Positions 48,492 through 53,022 of a DNA stretch of 53,022 nt are shown one piece after another. This stretch comes from Octopus bimaculoides. Its lineage: Eukaryota. The DNA is taken from positions 30,810,164-30,863,185 of the forward strand of contig NC_068991.1 in the NCBI RefSeq assembly GCF_001194135.2, read 5' to 3'. The notes beneath the pieces are model-generated. The model saw nothing but the letters and a program-made list of their open reading frames with translations. It ran no database searches and was not told the DNA's origin. Numbering within the stretch: the stretch's first letter is position 1; each line of letters begins with the position of its first letter. Both the position numbers and the translations under genes were made by a program.

Positions 48492-48989
48492 GTAAGCTTG
48501 CTATAAACTCCAAGCATCCTCTCCCAGTACGTAATTATTGGTGTTGTTATTTGTAAAAGCTTAATAGTGCAATAATAAAATCTCCTGTTCGCGGGTGTTA
48601 TCAGTTACTCCTTTACGCAGTCCAAGAAGCACATTTTCATTAACTCACCCAGTCATCACCTCAGACCAGCGAACGAACTCCACCCGTCACACACACACAC
48701 ACACGCATGCACACACAGTCAGACAAACACACGCACACACATATTTGCTATTTCTTTGATTGGAATACAGGTGTGCACACACTGTATGTATATATGTATT
48801 TATCTATGTTTATATGTGTATATATATGGAGTAGTTAGGGTGAAGATTGTGTGCTATTACATCAAAGAAATTTGTTGGGTAAGGCCAGAACAATGCGAGA
48901 TGAGATATAAAGTAGTCTACAAAAAGAAATATGAAAAGGGTTGGAATTTTACATCATATTTCTATATGAGCTTTTCTTCAGGACATGTG

Positions 48990-49260
48990 GACAAGCGAGG
49001 GATGAAAAAAAGGTCGCTTCTCAAAACCTATGTAGTATACGAGATAAGTCTACTGTAAATGTAGGGCATCGTACATTGGAGGCAAACCAAAGAAACTGCG
49101 CTTTCAAATCACGGAAGACATGTGCACAGACAATTCGATAAAAAAAAAAAAACACTTGCAGAAGTGCAAGACCTGGGCCACTCAACGCAGTAGAGGCGAT
49201 CTTAGAGTCATTGAGGTTCTCCTTATCAACAAACTGAGACAAGCTAAGCAGGCTGATTAC
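48990..49260 (+). mobile_element. Decayed Penelope-like GIY-YIG endonuclease remnant
   Basis: With two 1-nt corrections it reads VVYEI.YCKCRASYIGQTK (49032-49095), and later LRVIEVLLINKL (49201-49236). These fit the bipartite GIY-YIG motif and the C-terminal Glu helix of Penelope endonucleases. Confidence 0.6.
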
Positions 49261-51241
49261 TATAGCAACATCAGTTTGCGCATGTCACCGTCCTCCCCAG
49301 CACATCTGAATGACGACCCTTTCACATCCCTCGCTCGTCGACATTTGTGGTGGAATTTGAACTTGGAATATAAACAGCATTAGTAAATATCGCTAAGCTT
49401 TCTACCAATCCTAACAAAGCTAACATTTTTGTTTGGTCGTTGGGAATCGACCTTGACTTTCGCTGATTTTCATTCCCAAACTAGTGAGACTGATGCGGTT
49501 TGTCCAAATACAAGTCGAAATTTGCGACAAAGAAATCCTTGATGGCGAATGAATTGAAGAGATTGACATTCTGGTGTACTGCGATTAGGCTATTTGATTA
49601 GGACATAGGTACGAGACCTTTCTTTTTTTTTTTTTTTTTTTTTTTTGAAGGGAAATGATGAAATTACAGTACTACCTAGTTAAATCCAATCACCCCATCC
49701 GCAGATACTTTTAGCAAACCTTTTAAGTTTTTCCTGCAGGCATTCAGGTTGTACATCAGTCACATCAATCATAGCCATCCAATCGAGAAGCAAACTAGTA
49801 TTTTATGGAGGAAAACCTAAGTCAAGCTTAGTTAAATTTTCAAAAGCATCCAAGTTGTGGATAAAACATTGGTCAAAGAAAAATAGATTGAAACACCAGA
49901 GTGATCCGAAACACCTTCATCAGCCATGGTGGATGCGTTGGTTAACATTTACATGACTTTCATCAGGAAGTTACATTCAAAATATTAATGTTTGTATACC
50001 TGTACAGTTATGGTTTGTACCTAACTTTAACAAACTTATCTTTCATTTCATTTCTATGATTTTATAAATATAATTTTCCATATGTTGTACTGATGAGATA
50101 TAAAAGTATTAAAGCGTGTCTCTACATAGGATAGAAAATACAAGCAACAATACAGAATAATTCATTTTGCCGAAATTTCAACCTTCACACTATGGCTGAC
50201 GTTGAAAATGTAGAGAAAAAAAGATAAGAGAAAAATTTCATTTTCATAAATACTTTATAGAAGAGTATGCTCTTACAGGATTCGAACTTCTATTGTGTGA
50301 TTTACATTGAACAATAAACAATGAATTTAGTCCCCCACCGACCAAAACAAAACATAAAGATAAAAAAATAAAATTATTTTGCTCGATGAAAACAGAAGGA
50401 AAATGATGTCACATGAATGATAAAAAACAGTGTATGTACGTGTATGTGTGTGTGTGTGTGTGTAAACGCACATTTATACACATACATACATACATATGTC
50501 TGTTTTTCAGCCGAAACGACCGGGGGTGCCATTTTTTCTTATTTTTTTCTTCCTCTTCCTTGTTTATCCTTTAACTTTTTGTTTTCTTTCTTGTAAAATC
50601 TTTCCACTTGCTAACATCTCTAGGAAATGGTAATTAGAAGGGATGTATGTATAGAAACTGGAGAAGGCATCTTGTATTATGTCAAAGAACCTCTGTTGTT
50701 TTCACTTTTAATTAAATATCCGTTCCTAATAACACATCGCTCTCCAGACAGCAACTTTGCAAGAGAAACACAGAAATGCACACACACACTCACACACACA
50801 CATACACTCACACACACGCACGCAGACACACAAACACACACACCCACACACACACATATGTGTATGTGTTGAGTGTATAAGTGAATGCTTATAAGAAAAC
50901 ACAAACCGAATTTCAGTCTTACCAACTGCTGATCGGGAAGTCTTCATATATATATATATATATATATAATTCATCCATACATACATTTTAAGTGTATATG
51001 TATATGTCTATTTATGTTTGAAATTTTTGTTTTGATTTACTTTGTCTATATTTCATGTGATTTTCACTAATTTTAAAATATTTTTGCGTATGTTTGAGGT
51101 GGTGGTCATGGTGGTGGAGGGTGGGTGTGGCTTAGAGGTGTAGTTTTTTTTTATTTTATGCTTCCATATCTAGTACGTTTTGTGTATTTCTTTAACAAAA
51201 CATGAGGAAGATATACTTTCTAGAATAATCTAAGCACATAC

Positions 51242-51286
<45 letters not shown>

Positions 51287-51828
51287 TGTGTGTGTATGTG
51301 TGTGTATGTATGTGTATGTGTGTGCGTGCGTATGTGTGCGTGTGTGTAGTATATATACATATATGAATACATACACATACATACACCCCCCACACACACA
51401 CACACATATGGTGGGATATAAGGGAATTATCAATGTGAACGTTCTAAACTAAACTGGCCTCAGTGGACACTGACATCTATACTCACCCCACCAACCGCCT
51501 ACACAGACATTCGCATCCACAGACTCGTACTTGAACATATACATATTCATACTATATATACAACATACACACACACATGTACATACACTGGCAGAGTGCA
51601 AATTACATCAGTGTCAGTCACACACGTATAAATATATTAATACAATTATACATATATCGGAAATGTCCTTAGTAAACTTATACGTGTATAAGAACATAAC
51701 CAGTGTATGTTTCCATGTACAAGTGCCTGTTTATATATATTCATGTATATTTCAAAACAAGCTAACATAAAATATATACACTCATAAACCGAAATTTGCT
51801 GCAACTGAACGGATGATAGATATATTTT

Positions 51829-51865
<37 letters not shown>

Positions 51866-51881
51866 CATACATAAACGTATT

Positions 51882-52337
51882 GGCGCAGGCGAGGCTGTGC
51901 GGTAAGTGGCTTGCTTCCCAACCACATGTCCCCGAGTTCAATTTCACTGCGTGGCACCTTCGACAAGTGTCTTCAACTATAGCCTAGGGCTGACCAAATC
52001 CTTCTGAGTGGATTCGATAGACAGAAACTGAAAGAACCCTGTCGGATCTCTCTCTCTCTCTCTCTCTCTCCCCTCTCCCCCTCTCTCTCTCTGTATATAT
52101 ATATATACACACACATACACATTATATGTGTGCATGTGTGTCTTTGTGTCTGTGCTTGTCCCCCAACACTGCTTGACAATCTGCGTTAGGGCGTGTTCGT
52201 TCCCGTAACTTAGCGGCTCAGCTTAAAGGACCAATAGAATAAGTACCAAGCAATGGAGTCGACTCATTCGATTAAAAATTCTTCAAGGTGGTGCCCCAGC
52301 ATGGCCGTAGTCTAATGACTGAAACAAGTAAAAGATA
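51882..52337 (+). mobile_element. Full-length SINE family B
   Basis: GGCGCAGGCGAGGCTGTGCGGTAAG (A box), GAGTTCAATTTC (B box), the CORE-like GGCACCTTCGACAAGTGTCTTC, an internal CT/TA/TG repeat and the tail AATGACTGAAACAAGTAAAAGA. Confidence 0.85.
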
Positions 52338-52351
52338 TTTATATTATTTAA

Positions 52352-52447
52352 TAGTCGACCTCAGTGTAATTTGAACTCAGAACGTAAACAACCGGAAGAA
52401 ATGCCGCTAAGCATTTTCCCCAACTATTCTGTCATTTTGCCGGCTTT
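52352..52447 (-). mobile_element. SINE family A head fragment
   Basis: GTCGACCTCAGTGTAATTTGAACTCAGAACGTAAA...CCGCTAAGCATTT matches 4897-4960. Confidence 0.7.
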
Positions 52448-52524
52448 ATATTCATTTAATATAATATTGAATATGATGTGCAATAATATTATTATACATA
52501 AAATAATTGCATATAATATAGTCT

Positions 52525-52561
<37 letters not shown>

Positions 52562-52945
52562 GTATTTACACATAACATAGACATATGTACATTGATGCAT
52601 ATGTATATACGTATTAACAGTATTAATGTGTGTGTATGTGTGTGTGTGTGTGCATAAAATAAACATCTCTCAACATATTGATATATACACTGCAAACATA
52701 TTTGATACATATTTGATACATTGATAGCGTATATAAATCAGCTCATTTACACGTTCACCTACACACACACACAAATACACATATACACAAGAGTTAAGGA
52801 ATGGAGTAGATAATATCCGGGCTATACATGTTTCATGGCGAGTGGAAACCCCGGAAGTGGTAAATATTCAAGCGCGGTGTATACCGCAGGCTACTCTTCA
52901 GGCCAAGGATATCTTGATTAAATGAAGTTTACATTGTCGTAAGAA

Positions 52946-53022
52946 GGTACATGTCAACACACGGACAATTCGCTCAGAATGTGTAATATTCTGATCGAAT
53001 AGTCCGTGTGTTGACATGTACC
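52946..53022. repeat. Near-perfect inverted repeat (35-bp arms, 7-nt loop)
   Basis: 52946-52980 pairs with 52988-53022 at 33 of 35 positions; runs to the window edge. Confidence 0.95.

Noticed and set aside
49890-49925. CTGATGA on minus next to repeated GAAACACC on plus
   Set aside because: The two core halves are on opposite strands, so no hammerhead can form.

Overview
AT-rich, microsatellite-saturated animal genomic DNA from a short-read assembly, with about 6.7 kb of N gaps, mostly flanked by (TA)n/(TG)n/(CA)n tracts. The repeat families resemble those I associate with octopus/coleoid cephalopod genomes; this is an inference from recognition, not a database result. No prokaryotic features, CRISPR arrays, rRNA or intact tRNA genes are visible. 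Nearly all long ORFs in the six-frame track are artefacts of simple repeats or N runs. The window looks intronic/intergenic and is dominated by decayed mobile DNA: a mosaic L1/Tx1-like LINE (458-4130, minus), an RTE/RTEX-like RT fragment, four R4/Dong-like LINE fragments, three families of tRNA-derived SINE, a deleted mariner plus two mariner MITEs, a SAP-domain DNA-transposon-like remnant, and Penelope-like remnants (a GIY-YIG relic and pseudo-LTR-like copies carrying minimal hammerhead ribozyme motifs). Several short candidate exons exist on both strands. The best are 4505-4690 (minus) and a CCAAT/TATA promoter with a first exon at 48252-48491 (plus). I cannot name a host gene. The most interesting items are the tandem hammerhead-bearing copies at 19074-19481, the chimeric ORF1/RT LINE, an inverted hammerhead-like pair at 7710-7785 and a near-perfect 77-nt hairpin at the window end. 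I found no convincing new biological system.
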